The notes under the pieces are model-generated. The model did not search any database, was not told where the DNA came from, and saw nothing but the letters and a program-made list of their open reading frames with translations. The position numbers were made by a program, and so were the translations under genes. Positions 26,071 through 39,257 of a stretch of 64,000 nt of DNA are shown piece after piece. Every line of letters starts with the position of its first letter. Position 1 is the first letter of the stretch. Origin of the DNA: Callorhinchus milii (taxonomy: Eukaryota); NCBI RefSeq assembly GCF_018977255.1, contig NW_024704743.1:31312001-31376000 (forward strand), in the 5' to 3' direction.

Positions 26071-26937
26071 AGTGTGGCCAACCAAATCACTAGTTCTTTA
26101 TTGAGTTTTTTTTCATTTACGGTCACTCCGAGGGTATCGCAATTCGGCAGCTACTGGAAAGGGATTGATTTGGCACGGACTTGCCTGGCCTGGTGCAGGT
26201 GTTCAACGGGCCACTTCTTAATGCCCCCAAAATGCCAAAGGGCCACTGCTTTACCACTTGATAATCGTACAGTGATCACATCACATTTCAACCTCAAGTT
26301 TGTATGTCATTCATCTGCTATTTGTAAAGTACCATCATCTGCCAAAACCCAAGCCTCCAAATAAACAGAATAAAACAGTCGCATGTTATACATGATAAAC
26401 ATGCTTTCATAGGAATGATGTGAATGAAAGATACAATTTCAGCCTAGTTGTAAATTATAGTTCAGAGCTATATCATATTTATTTTTATGGGATATCTGAA
26501 TCCAGTTGGTGCAAGCTGTCACATTGAGAGCCCAGTTACTTGGTATTTCTCCAACTCCAGCTGATACCACTGAATTATCTATTTACATTGACCTACGTCT
26601 AATATATGCTATCCACATGTACATTATTAGTGAGAAAAAGCTGATCAAAAATCCTATTGACAGTATTTGGATTGGACAGCTTCACAAAGTTTTAAGTATC
26701 TCGCTGCACACAAAGTCTACAATTACAAATCTGTCAGTACTGAATTAAATATTTTCAGTAGCTGTCTGCGTGGTAAGATTTTTTTGTAAAAAACAGACAG
26801 AAGGTAATCTTGATTTAAAAATTCCAGTATCACGCTGAAGAGGACCGTGTTCAGTGTGCGATGAAAGCAGTCTGCTAAATCACATGTGAATGGTGCCACT
26901 GAATGATCCAGTCACCTTTTCAGTGTGTCGATGGATT

Positions 26938-27170
26938 ATAATAATAATAATCCTTGCATTTGATACAGTGCCTTTTCAAGTCTTCGGGATATCTCAAAGC
27001 CCTTCATGGGATACACTATAAAGTGTAGTGGCTGTAAATGTTTTGGGCAAAATGCGGCAGCCAATTGCGGACAGCAGTGTTCCACACATAGTCGTGGATT
27101 GAGTGACCAAATTGTTATTTATTTTATTTTTGAAGGGATTATTACCCCCGAAAAGTGATCCTCCAATTAT
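26938..27170 (-). mobile_element. SINE 3' half (L2-type tail)
   Basis: (aat)n ccttgcatttgat...cagccaattgcggacagcagtg...gtgaccaaatt, same family as 3752 and 10024. Confidence 0.8.
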
Positions 27171-27939
27171 GGTTGATTATTTAAGGACGCAATAAAATCA
27201 GTTTGTGCATTGAGATTTTCCATAGGACTGAAATCTGACAATGACTGTAACATTGACACAATACAGAGATCCATGGGCTTGGCATCTGTGAACCATCAAA
27301 GTGCTTGAACTGCGGAATGTGGAAAGCCATACAGTTGTGTCATACAAAAACTCACACTGCGTCTTTGAACTGACGTGCATCACAGGAGTAAATCACTTGA
27401 AGCAAAACCACTGTATGTCATATAGATCGTCATAACATGGGATAACACAACAGCCACCAGATGGAGTGTGTGCTTTGTATATGCATATAGCTGTGCATGT
27501 GCATAAAATGATTATGGAGAGGGTGGAGAAATAACCTACAGGGGAAAGCAGCCCCAAATCATGCACTGCCGATTACTCTGGGATGGGTGGATGGATCCAC
27601 AATACGATTTGTCCAATGCAAAAACGAAGTGTGGATAGTGAAACAACACTGGACCAAGCACACTGAATTTACAAAATGTTTCAAAAGAAAAACATCAAAA
27701 ATAATTATTATACTATGACCTTTTTTAAAAAAATCTGAAAAAAATTCTACTAATATTACTTTCTTTTTAACCCAGTTATACTTGTTAACATTTCAAAAGC
27801 TTTGAATGCACATTTGAAAGCAAGATGAGTCTTAAATGATAGACTTTAAGCTTCATTATCTAAATATTTACATTTGATTTAGTGCCTTTTACAGCGAGAG
27901 GACGCTGCAAAGCGCCTCACAGGATATACACAGTGTCCC

Positions 27940-28137
27940 TCCAAAACAAAACAATAATAAATTGATCATTTTCAATCCACGACTGTTTGTGGGATACTGC
28001 TGTGTGCAATTGGCTGCCACATTTCGCCCACAAATATACAGTCAATTCACTTTACAATCTATTCTGTGAAGCGTTTGAGATGTCGAGAAGACGTGAAAAG
28101 TGCTATATCAAATGCAAGGATTATTATTATTATTATT
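27940..28137 (+). mobile_element. SINE 3' half
   Basis: gactgtttgtgggatactgctgtgtgcaattggctgcc...ctatatcaaatgcaagg(att)n. Confidence 0.85.
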
Positions 28138-28674
28138 AGATTACTGCAAAATGTAGTGACTGTGTGTTTTGTAGGTAATTCTCTGTGAAGTTGTTTAGAT
28201 TGAGGGACGACTGACGATACATCAGTTAATGGAAGTTCGGGTCCACATGATAACACTGATATTATGGGTAGGAGAGGAGTGGTTTGAGTTTTAACTCACT
28301 CTTTTAAATAACAATGTAGCATTAGGGACAAAAACTGTAATCTGATTCATTGCAAAGACCATGGTTGCAGTGTTCAGTATATTCACTCCCTGAAGCAAAA
28401 TGTGGGCTAATTTGCCTTTTTATTTGCCTTTTATTACACTCTTCAATAAAGCCTTTTTTATTGAAAATTTATACCATTTATAACCTGCTGTATAACAAAC
28501 CTGTCGGAAGATTTTTTTTGCCTTTCAGTTAACTGCCAATCATCTGTGCAAGTCAAGCTACACATCCCAAGCATCAGGTTGGAGGGCAGTAGTCATGCAA
28601 ATAATATTTTTTAAAAAAAGCAGGAACGGAATGTGCCAGCAGCGCAAGTAGTTAATACTTTTGTAATATTCCAT

Positions 28675-28920
28675 ATAATAATCCTTGCATTTGAATAAAG
28701 TGCGTTATCACGTCATTGAAACATCTCAAAGTGCTTCAAAGGATTCTACTGTATAAAAATAAGTGTTGTAACTATGTATTCGTAGGCAAACACGGCAATC
28801 AATTTGTGTACAGCAAAGTCCCTCAAATATCTACGAGTGAATGAAAAATTTCATCTGGAGGACTGTTGGCCGGGACACTGAGAGAAATTCCCTTCTGTTT
28901 TCAAATAATAGTATGGGATC
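28675..28920 (-). mobile_element. Deu-domain SINE 3' portion
   Basis: ataatccttgcatttga tail followed by gttggccgggacactgagagaaattcccttctgttttcaaat. Confidence 0.65.
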
Positions 28921-29289
28921 TGTATTTGGAATACTGCAAAAAAAATTCAGAATAACAAGTTAATTCCAGTTGCAATAAATAAATGAAATGAGTTTCCTAA
29001 TAAATGAAATATAGAATAAATGAACTTCCATAAACCTCAAGATGGTACAATACTGCTAAGCACTGGAGTACTACTAACAGCATCACAGTACAAGCTGTAC
29101 TCTGTTCAGCTCCCAATCTGATAAATGGAGTCTGTAGCACATCCAGGTGGGTGAGACAAAAACAAATAAGATGAGGAAATCCAGCCTAAGCATTATGACC
29201 TGCTGCGCACCATCTGAGTGGCCAGCCAAAAAAGCCATTGGCAGGTCAGCTACTCTCTCATCAAAGACACACAACACAAGTGAGAGATT

Positions 29290-29580
29290 TTTGGGGGCAA
29301 GTTTCCTCACTCCACACACCTCTGTTTACTTAGCAGTAAGTAGGAACTCAGTTGTTTGTCGATTGATGGATCACTATCAGCGATAATAATTCCTCAAAAA
29401 AAAATTGGTCACTTTAATCCAAGGCTGTTTGGGGACACTGCTTGTGTGCAATTGGCTGCCGCGTTTTGCCCACAAAATATCCAGTTAATTCACTTTACAT
29501 ATTCCGTGAAGTGCTTTGAGACGTTTGAAAGATGTGATAAGGCCCTATATCAAATGCAAGTATTATTATTATTATTTTAT
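29290..29580 (+). mobile_element. tRNA-SINE, long form lacking most of the head
   Basis: gggcaagtttcctcactccacacacc, then the middle block tctgtttacttagcagtaagtaggaactcagttgtttgtcgattgatggatc, then the shared tail. Confidence 0.8.
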
Positions 29581-32039
29581 TACTATAACTAATTCTAATG
29601 CAAATCCTAGGAAAACTGCATTATTGTGGGGGCCAGGCTGGCTGGCTCATCAAAAGTACCTTGAGCACTGTGGACTCACCTGTGGAATTGGACAACAGAG
29701 ACTGCCACAGAGGGTTGAATCAATTTCAACTTTTTGTGACTAAGCACATCACCTAGGAGGCAGCTCAGCCCCAAGGAGACCTCATTTAAGATACAGCCCA
29801 GTCCATTCATATTCTGTGAAGTGCTTTGAGACGTCTTGAAGACGTGATACGGCGCTATATCAAATGCAACGATTATTATTATTAGTTAACCCGCCACATC
29901 CCCCATCCCAAAGAATAATAGTCACTGAATTTTCATCTGACATTTGACAAGAGCAACAGATCCACTGCTTACTCTCTGCAAACCACTCAAGATAGACACT
30001 GAGCTCTGCTTAGTAGAAGCATGTGATATTCAGCAAATGTTTATATATTTACTAAATAATAAATTAACATTTTAAATCCGAGCATCCGGTAATAAGATTT
30101 GATCCCCTCTTCTGAGGTATGGTTCCATGGGCACTAGCTGCCAGGAACCTTGACCGATTCATCCTTCAAGGGCAATGAAATTTAAATTGTGGTGCTCCTT
30201 CTGCTATTGTTCCAGGTGAGATCAGCTACCTGAGCACAGACAAAGGACTGAACTAGAGCCTTTTGGTTTGTACAACTCAGTTTTACATCAACACATACTT
30301 TAAGAACTGAGTTTGTTTGGTTTGTAGATAAGTGGTGACAAACATGTTCCATTCCCCTTCACTGCTGAGTTCAAGTCTCAGGCGCAATGCAATGAGTGAA
30401 GGCTGTCGGTCTTCAGGGAAGTAAGGAAAGGAGGTAACAAAATCAAATTGGAGGAAGACTTCTTTAGCATGTGCAATACTTTGCAGCTAGCTGTATTGTT
30501 ATGTATTTTGTTCTTCCAAACCACTCTTTGAAAACAACATTTTGAAATACACAACATGAGGGTGAGATCAGTCATTGATAATGATAGCGGTGGGAATAAT
30601 TTGAAGTAATGAATTGAGGACCACACAAGAAGCTTATTCTTTAATCAGCACAATTATAGTGCAAAAGTGTGATTTGTCTTCCAGTGTAAGAGTACTAATA
30701 TACAATATAAGTTTAGTGTCAACACTGATCATAATCATAACTTAAATGTCTTTTCCAGTTTTATATTTCAGATGCAGCAATTAGACCGATTAAAATGGTG
30801 TTAGTTGAAAACAAAATATAACTGGCATATGGTATATAGAACCCACAGAAACGCCAACTTTTTAAACTACTCGTTCTTATAGGGAATTAGACTACTAAGA
30901 TGGCACATATTGACAGTCAAGTTTACGTAGCAGTGCTACCTTGAAATTATACTATGGGCCAAACCAGTTTAAGGATAAGAATCTTCCTGAACTACTTTTT
31001 GTATTTCATTTCTTCAGGTTTCTCATATTATACACCATTACCCATTCCCCAAACTCCGAGGGAAATCAAATAGGAAAATGTCTGACAGCAGCCCAAAGTG
31101 AGCCTCAATCCTTCTCTGCAGGGAAAAATGTAACATCTGCTTATAGCTAAACTGGCAACTTTGTGTGGAGAATCTATGTCCTACCACTCTTGATAAGAGT
31201 GGATTTGTGTTCCAGTGCACTGCATTAATCCTGCAGTCCTACTTTTTTTAAGAAAAAAAATCAGTGGCAAAGGAAAGATACCTTTTTAAATACCCAAACA
31301 ATTCACCTCATGGTATATTTTTGACTGCCTAGAGCACACAGTACAGGTATTGGAACAATAATTTTCATGCCTCTGCAATTGCTGTACCCAATTCTGCAGA
31401 CATGTCACCACGATCCAACTTTTACGATAAGAGAGGAAGAATACAATTTCATTTCATTTTTTATTGAAAAAAATGTATATGTGCATGTGAGGATATTCGT
31501 TACCATGTCAGAACTAATAACATTTACTCCATGAAATAATGACCAAGATAATACACGATTTTGAATTAGTTTTAGACACAGCCAAATCTCAAAACACTCC
31601 AGGAAGCCAACTCTCATCTCAACTAAATTGGACCGATTAAACTCCGAGACTCCAAGTCATTTTGTCACAAGAGAACAATTTAAGAATAATGGCATTATGT
31701 TTAAGGAAAACAAATACTCTCAAATTTAAACATCAAATAGATGAAAATTATAAAATTGTTTTAAGAAAATTCAAGGGGCTAAATCCTCATTTATATTAAA
31801 CAAAAGAAAACTGTGGATCGAAATCCAAAAAAGTAATGTACTCTTTAATCTGGCATTATTAGTATCACTTAATAGCTCATTTGCATATACTCCGAAATAG
31901 TATTACATCAAAACTTCTCACTGTGTTCACAATGTTACTTAGAAATTTAATAAGTGTTACCATGAAATATAAGCAGGTGAAATGTGCTAATTATGTTCCA
32001 GAAAACGTAATGAGATAAATGAAGTTTTTTTAGTGAACT

Positions 32040-32322
32040 CCCTTCTCCATTCTTCTTTCCGGTCCTAACCGTCAAAGCCCCCCATGACCTTGCTCCCCCT
32101 ACCTCTGAGACCTGCTAACCCCCTTCCAACCTGCCCGCTCCCTCCGCTCAGCGGGCTCCGGCCTGCGCCTCACCTGCCCCACCATTGGCGGGCGGGTCTT
32201 TAGCCACTCTGCCCCCACCCTCTGGAATTCCATCCCACAGTGCCTCCGCCTCGCCCCCTCTCCCTTGCCTCCTTTAAGACCCGTCTCAAGACCCTCCTCT
32301 TCAACCGTGCCTTCCACAGTGA
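32040..32322 (+). mobile_element. L2 LINE 3' fragment
   Basis: Translation LASFKTRLKTLLFNRAF; ccccctacctctgagacctgc. Confidence 0.8.
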
Positions 32323-32599
32323 CCCTCTTATAATTATGATCCAACAAGAATTCACAATATTCATGGGTTCTTGGGTCTTGAATAAATTCTATAAAGAATG
32401 TGTACCAGAGAAACATTTGGCTAACTATGTTGGACCTCTTATCAATTTGAATAACCTCGAACTTCAATGTACTATCCCAAAAAACAATATATATCTACAA
32501 GATAAATTATTGCAACATGACAATCAAATGTCAGTTTAATAAATATTCAGTAAGAACATTGACTACATTAGATGAGTGAAATATATTTACCAACTAAAT

Positions 32600-33552
32600 A
32601 GGTGCCCCAAGGATCAGTGCTTGGGCCTCAGCTATTTACAATTTACATCAATGATCTAGACGAGGACATTGAATGTAACGTATCTAAATTCGCAGATGAC
32701 ACTAAACTAGGTAAGCTCTGAGGCTGATGCAAAAAGATTGCAACGGGATATAGATGGCTAGGGGAGTGGGCGAGTAGGTGGCAGATGGAATTTATTGTGG
32801 GTAAGTATGAAGTTATTCACCTAGGTAGAAAAAATAGAAAAACAGATTATTTTCTAGAGGGGGAGAGATTAGATAGTGTTAGTGTTCAGAGGGATTTGGG
32901 TGTCCTTGTACACCAGTCTCAAGCAGCAAGCAACTAAGAAGGCGAACGGCATGTTAGCGTTCATTGCAAAAGGTTTGGAGTACAAGAGTAGGGAAGTGTT
33001 GCTGCAACTGTATAGGGCCTTGGTGAGACCGCACCTGGAGTATTGTGTGCAGTTTTGGTCTCCTTATTTAAAAAAGGACATACTTGCCCTAGAGGGGGTG
33101 CAGCGTAGATTCACTCGGTTAGTTCCTGGGATGAGGGACTGACCTATGAGGATAGGCTGAATAAACTAGGGCTATATTCTCTAGAGTACAGAAGAATTAG
33201 GGGGGATCTTATTGAAACATATAAGATTCTTAAAGGGCTGATAAAGTAGCCACTGAGGGTCTGTTTCCCCTGGTAGGAGAATCTATAACCAGGGGTCACA
33301 GTCTTAAAATTAAGGGTCAGCCTTTTAGAACAGAGTTGAGGAAACATTTCGTCACCCCAGAAGGCTGCAGATGCTCAGTCTTCAAGGCTGAGACTGGTAG
33401 ATTTTTAAAAAATGGAGGGATTAGGGGATATGGGGATAGTGCAGGTAATTAGAGTTGGGTTTGACGATCAGCCATGATCTTATCGAATGGCGGGGCAGGC
33501 TCGAGGGGCCGAATGGCCTACTCCTGCTCTTAATTCTTATGTTCTTATGTTC
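32600..33552 (+). mobile_element. 5'-truncated CR1 LINE (RT C-terminal part plus 3' UTR), frameshifted
   Basis: Starts at ggtgccccaaggatcagtgcttgggcc (VPQGSVLGP) and carries FADDTKL. ORF 32876-33142 reads [43 protein letters not shown]. Tail (TTCTTATG)n. Confidence 0.92.
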
Positions 33553-34554
33553 TAATATCGAAAATATAGCTTGGCTGGTTACAAAAGTGGATTTTATTAA
33601 ATAGAAGATTCTCTTTCTTGAGCCAGCTATTAAACACCATACTTAAAACTGTTACATGAAACAAAAGCTTAAAATATGCTTGAAAACAATGGTAGGCTGC
33701 TAAATAGCTGGTACTCATTGTCTTGTTTGATGAGCACAACACCTTTTATTGCTATACGTTTCTAAGAAATCAATGTCACCAGCAACTTTTTTTCAAAAAA
33801 TCTTTTATCAGTAGTTATACAAATATATAGAATCATAAATTTCACATTTAACATGACCACCAATACATAATACCACACTCACAAATATGCAAACATGCCC
33901 GCCTAAGCAAATATTTGTGAATTTTGCAATTGCTGAGTGTGAGATCAGTTAGGTATTCATCATCTCTGGGACGTTCATAACTAGTAATTTGCATTATGTG
34001 ACTGAATAAATGGCTCGGTGTTAAACAATCCCCAACGGGCATTTTGAAAGCTAGCTTCAAACATGCCTCTTAAAATGTACAATGCTCTACCAATATCAGT
34101 TTCCTAAAGCAACAAAACTGCTCTCAATAAGTGGTATAGATTAACTTTGAATCCAGTTGTGTGTGTGCTGATAAAATAGCAAAAGTAAATTAGAGCTAAG
34201 AACTACTTTCAGCTCAGCAGGTACAAAGGTACTTTTTGACAATAAAATGAGCAGTAGATCTGCTTCCATTAAACCGTTAAATTACCAATTTACAGACAAC
34301 TTGATGTTAATTCAATACCATTAAACAGTTTAAAGCACAAAGGAGGTAATTTGGTCCAGTATCAGTTACGACATCCAATGGAAAATTAAACAAAATTATG
34401 TTAATTTTTTCTTAACTAGAAATTAACTACTTTTACAATTAAGTCTGGGTTTTATAGCTGTCCAACCAACAGTGGAAAACAAAACGTTTTNCTGTGGTCA
34501 GAGCCTATTGGAATAATAATATCCAACAGTACATATGCAGAGGTTGCTGAATTA

Positions 34555-34720
34555 ACCCTTGCATTTGGTATAGCGTCTTCGAGAAGTCTCAAAGCTTCAC
34601 AGAATATTCTGTAAAGATATTAACAGTATATTTTGTGGGCGAAATGCGGAGCCAATTGCCCACAGCAGTGTCCCACAAACAGGCGTGGACTGAGGTGACC
34701 AATTTATTATTATTATTAGA
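34555..34720 (-). mobile_element. SINE 3' half
   Basis: ccttgcatttggtatagcg...ttttgtgggcgaaatgcggagccaattgc. Confidence 0.75.
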
Positions 34721-34789
34721 ATGACTAAAAGAAACAAATTCAGAAACCATTTTTTTTAACTGAGGCAAAAACAAAAAAAATCTGTTAAA

Positions 34790-35500
34790 CGACAACAACT
34801 TGCAGTTACATAGCACCCTCCAATGCAGGGTAGCATTTCAGAGCGCTTAACAGTGGTGGAGCCTCATTCCGAGCCGGGGTGACTGTAAGCACGGTTGAAT
34901 AGGAAGGTTTTCAGGTGGGGCTTGAAAAAGGGGCGGGATCAAGGCGAAGGGATTGAGGGAGAGTGTTCCAGAGTTTTGGGGCATAGTGGTTGAAAGCGCA
35001 ACCTCCAATAGTGGAACGGAAGATGCGAGGGACAAGCAGGAGGCCGGTGCCAGTCGAGGGGAGGCATCGGGCGGTGGATTGGGGAGTGAGGAGGTTGGAG
35101 AGGTAGGAAGGTGCCAGAGAGTGAAGGGATTTGAACACGAGTGTGAGGATCCTGAAGTTGATCTGTTCGATGATGGGGAGCCAGTGGAGCCTGGCCAGAA
35201 CTGGTGAGATGTGGGTACGGAGTTTGGTCTGTAGGCAGCAGAGTTTTAAATGACCTGGATTTTTTAAATAGTGGAGCTGGGAGACCAGCGAGGAGTGCGT
35301 TTGAGTAATCCAGGCGGAAGGTGACAAGCGCATGCACGAGGGTTTCAGCTTCATTTGGGGTGAGGTAGGGTTGGAGGCAGGCAATGTGGCAGAGGTAGAG
35401 GAAGGCGGTCCTGGTCAGGGACTGGATGTTGGGGAGGAAGGACAGTTGGGGGTCGAACAGGATGCCTAGATTGCACACTGGTTTGGTGAGTCTGAGGGAG
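34790..35500 (-). mobile_element. 5'-truncated L2 LINE
   Basis: Translations NLGILFDPQLSFLPNI...AETLVHALVTFRLDYSNALLAGLP and HISPVLARLHWLPI...APKLWNTLP. Confidence 0.9.
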
Positions 35501-36164
35501 GGCCCAGGGAGGTTGAGGAGTTCAGATCTACAGAATTACTTTCACAAAAAAATAGAATTACTTGGAACAAGAGCCTCGATGCCTCGACAAACAAGAGGCC
35601 TTAGCAAAAGTTGCTCACAAGATTAAGTTTGAATTCTGAAATTGTTGAAGATGTTGAGACTTGGGGGAAAAAAAACTGAAATGAGTTGTCAGAACAAAAA
35701 TGATCCACAATCACACTATTGTGATTAAATCCGCAAAACACAACAACAACTTGCATTTATATAGCTCCTCTCACACAGGGGAGCGTAGCAAAGCACTTTA
35801 ATACACCAAAGCACCAACAACTGTCTCAGAAAGAAGAGGATAACATTGATAATTATGAATGACAATGAAGTCAATTGAATTGCCAGAGTACCACCCTGGC
35901 TGTCAACAACAACAACAATTACATTTGAACAGCGCCTTTCACATCGGGAGGCCTCCCCAAATCGCTGTTGGCTAAATTATTCCCAGCAATGGGTAGTTTG
36001 GCTGCTCATTGGATAATCTCGTTGAACTTTTGAGGGAAGAACTTCTCACCTTAATACAGAAACATTCAGCAAAAATGCATTTAAAAACTTCAGAGTGATG
36101 TTGTTCCAAATGAACGTTTCAATTTATACAGTATAGTTGCTCTACACCCGAAAGAGAATAATTA

Positions 36165-36550
36165 ATTATCCTTGAATTCGATAAATACAGAAATTCTCAA
36201 AGCGTAGTAACTACACTTGCCTTGTAATTGCTATTAAGTGCAGTGACTGTGCAAATGCAACAGCCAATTTTCACACAGTAAATGCAAAATGCAAATAGGT
36301 CCCTCAAACAGCCGAAAAAAGAATGACCAATTCATCTGGCGTATTGTTAGCCAATACATTTCCTTCTTTTCAATAGTGTCATGGGATTTTTAAAGTTCTT
36401 GCATTCAGACAGAATTTCAGTGTAACATCTCATTCAAAAGTCAACACCTCTGACAATTCACCTCCATCCCCTCCCCCAAAACCAGGACGGAACTTGAGTA
36501 CAGGTTTAGAATGAGAGTTTGAATGCGATGGAGAGCTTGAACCCTCAAAC
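36165..36550 (-). mobile_element. Degraded Deu-domain SINE
   Basis: Tail tccttgaattcgata; Deu core gtgtcatgggatttttaa...acatctcattcaaaagtcaacacctctgacaat; head cttgaaccc. Confidence 0.55.
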
Positions 36551-37039
36551 TAATTTGTGTCCCATTATGTATTAAGTAAACCCAAACCAATTTATGGCAT
36601 TCTTATTATTTGCATTAATCATGTGATTCATGTGAAATTTTATCCCAACAGAGCGAATCCTGTCTATTTATTTGCATAGCAGCTTGCAATAGAGTCTCCA
36701 GTCCATCAACATCATCAATCATAAACCTTTGCAGCACAGCATCTTGCATTGAACAATCAGTTGCTCTCTAAAAATGTTTGAGAAATAGGAGGAAGCATCT
36801 TAATGCTTGAAGCATCACAAACACATTTATTCCACCAGCTTTGGTCAGGACTTGGTGCCTACTCAGATTTGACTTGTTCACAGCTTCCATTTCCTTCCTG
36901 AGTTGGACGCTAGCCTAATCGGATCTGTTATGGTGCCCTGTCAATTGTCCATCTGTTGATTTTTGACAGAGTAGCTAATCAAATTAAAAATAAGCATTGC
37001 TCCCAGATTTCAAAATCAACAAAATCAACAGTGAGACCT

Positions 37040-37495
37040 ATAAGAACACAAGAATTAGGAGCAGGAGTAGGCCATTCGGCCCCTCTAGTCTGCCCCACCA
37101 TTCAATAAGATCATGGCTGATCTATTCTAACTCCACCTACCCGCCTTATCCCCATATCCCTTAATCCCTTTATCTACAAGAAATCTATCAACCTCAGCCT
37201 TGAATATGTTCAAGGACTGAGCATCTACAGCACTTTGGGGTAGAGAATTCCATAAATTCACTACCCCAAAGTTTTTCCTCAACTCAGTGTGAAAGGGCTT
37301 ACCCCTAATTTTAAGACTGTGACCCCTGGTTATAGTTTCTCCAAACAAGGGAATAAGTCTCCCACTATCTATTCTGTTGTGCCTCTTAATAATCTTATAG
37401 GTTCCTATAAGATCACCTCTCATTCTTCTATATTCTGAAGAATATAGGCGTAAATTGCTCAACCTATGCTCATAACTCATCCCCCTCATCCAACC
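37040..37495 (-). mobile_element. CR1 LINE 3' part
   Basis: ORF 37127-37489 MSYEHRLSNLRLYSSEYRRMRGDLIGTYKII...VVNLWNSLPQ; CR1 tail. Confidence 0.9.
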
Positions 37496-39257
37496 CAGTG
37501 AATCTACGTTAAAAAGGAGAATATTAATTTGGTCTTGAATACGTAGAAATGGTAAATAGGATCGAGAGAATGCGTTACAGAATATAAAATCAAAAGGTGC
37601 AACAAGACAAGCACAAACACTATGACAATGTACAGAATCAGGCAGCTTACAGTCAATCCAATGGTTATTACTCCCCCCCTCTCCCCCCCCAAGCTAAATC
37701 AATGTAAAATTCAAATTGCAATGAAGAGAGCAAGTGGCCATTCAGTCAATGTCCGTTGCTTCACTACATAAGCAACTGCATAATTTTAGGACCTGTAAAT
37801 AATTATCCAATGGCACTGGGTCTTCCGTCTAATATTTAGTTGGCACATATTCACGAACATACACATGATGGGATAGAGTGGAAAGGTTCTGATAAAAGTA
37901 ATAGAATACGGTCATCTCTGCTCCGAGACCATTTTTATTCAGTTCTTTTCAGTTTGTCTTCATCTACCAGGTTTATTTCCATAACTGCCCTGAATTTGCT
38001 GTTGGGCATTGCATTAAAATAGGTTGTGGACAGCTCTATTTCCACTCAACCCTGCCGACTGGAGATACCTGAAACTTACTTCACACTTCCCTCCAGTAAA
38101 AGAGGAGCAAAAGAGGTTGCATCTCCCACTAGTAAGGCTTCCAGGTTGGTGTACCAATGTACCATCAGTACACCACTGTAGCAGTACAGTTGATTAAAAT
38201 ATTTAGTGATTCAGCCTTATTACTAAAATACTAAAACAAAAGATATAACACATATTCCTATTTAAAATAACATGAATTAATCATGCATGGTGCATAACAT
38301 CTACATAACTTCATTCTCAATAGGCAAACTCTGTCAAATCAAAGACATAGTCATACGCCAATGTGAAGCCAGTTACAATAATGTGAAAGATGCACAGAAT
38401 AGCATCAACATGATGAGATGAAGGTGTCTGCAACATTGCAATGTTTCAATATTTCTAAACACTATTTTCTGCTTTGCGAAACTGAAAACTCAGAGGATAT
38501 GTTCCTTTATAACAAAGTTCTGTGAAGCGCTTTGAGATGTCTAAATGATATGATGAGGTGCTTTATCAAATGCAAAGATTATTATTATTAAGTTGCTTAT
38601 ATGATGGAGTGCTAATGTTAGAAAAACATTTTCAGACTTTTATGAATGCAGCAGTGTGGGATTTAAAAACATGGGAGTAAAGCAAATCTTTTCCAATTAA
38701 GGGCATTTATTTTGTTTATGTCATAACTACTGGAACCTGATTTTTTCCCATTTGATAATAAACCGCAGGAAAGTGAGGTGATTTACCAAAACAGTGTAAT
38801 TAAGGACTTTTTTGTGGGAAAACATACAAAAGATTGGTGGAAAATAATTTTCTTCCAACCAATATACCTCTAATTAGAAGACAACAATTCACTGAGAAAC
38901 ACTTTCCTTAAAACAATTCTCTTCACTAAAGAGTTTTTCTGAATAATCCCTGTGAAGCTAGGCAGTAGAACAATAAAAATGTACAAATACATCTTGAAGT
39001 TTCGATCAGTCAGTAGCAGTTTCCCATGAAGCTTAAAAAAAAATTCTTATGATGAACACGAATAGATTATTCAATATAAAGTCAAAATTCTGTGAACAGC
39101 TTTATTTGAATTGTGAAAACAAGACAAAACGATACCAGACACTGGTTACCGTTCTATCCAACGCGGGCAATTTTCATTGATCCAAATTACCCTGGAAGTG
39201 CCATGAAGAGGTTTACTCATTCAGGGTCTGTTGGGATCCCAAACCACTGCAAGAGTA

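Noticed and set aside
34491..34491. Single N base
   Set aside because: Assembly ambiguity, not a biological feature.
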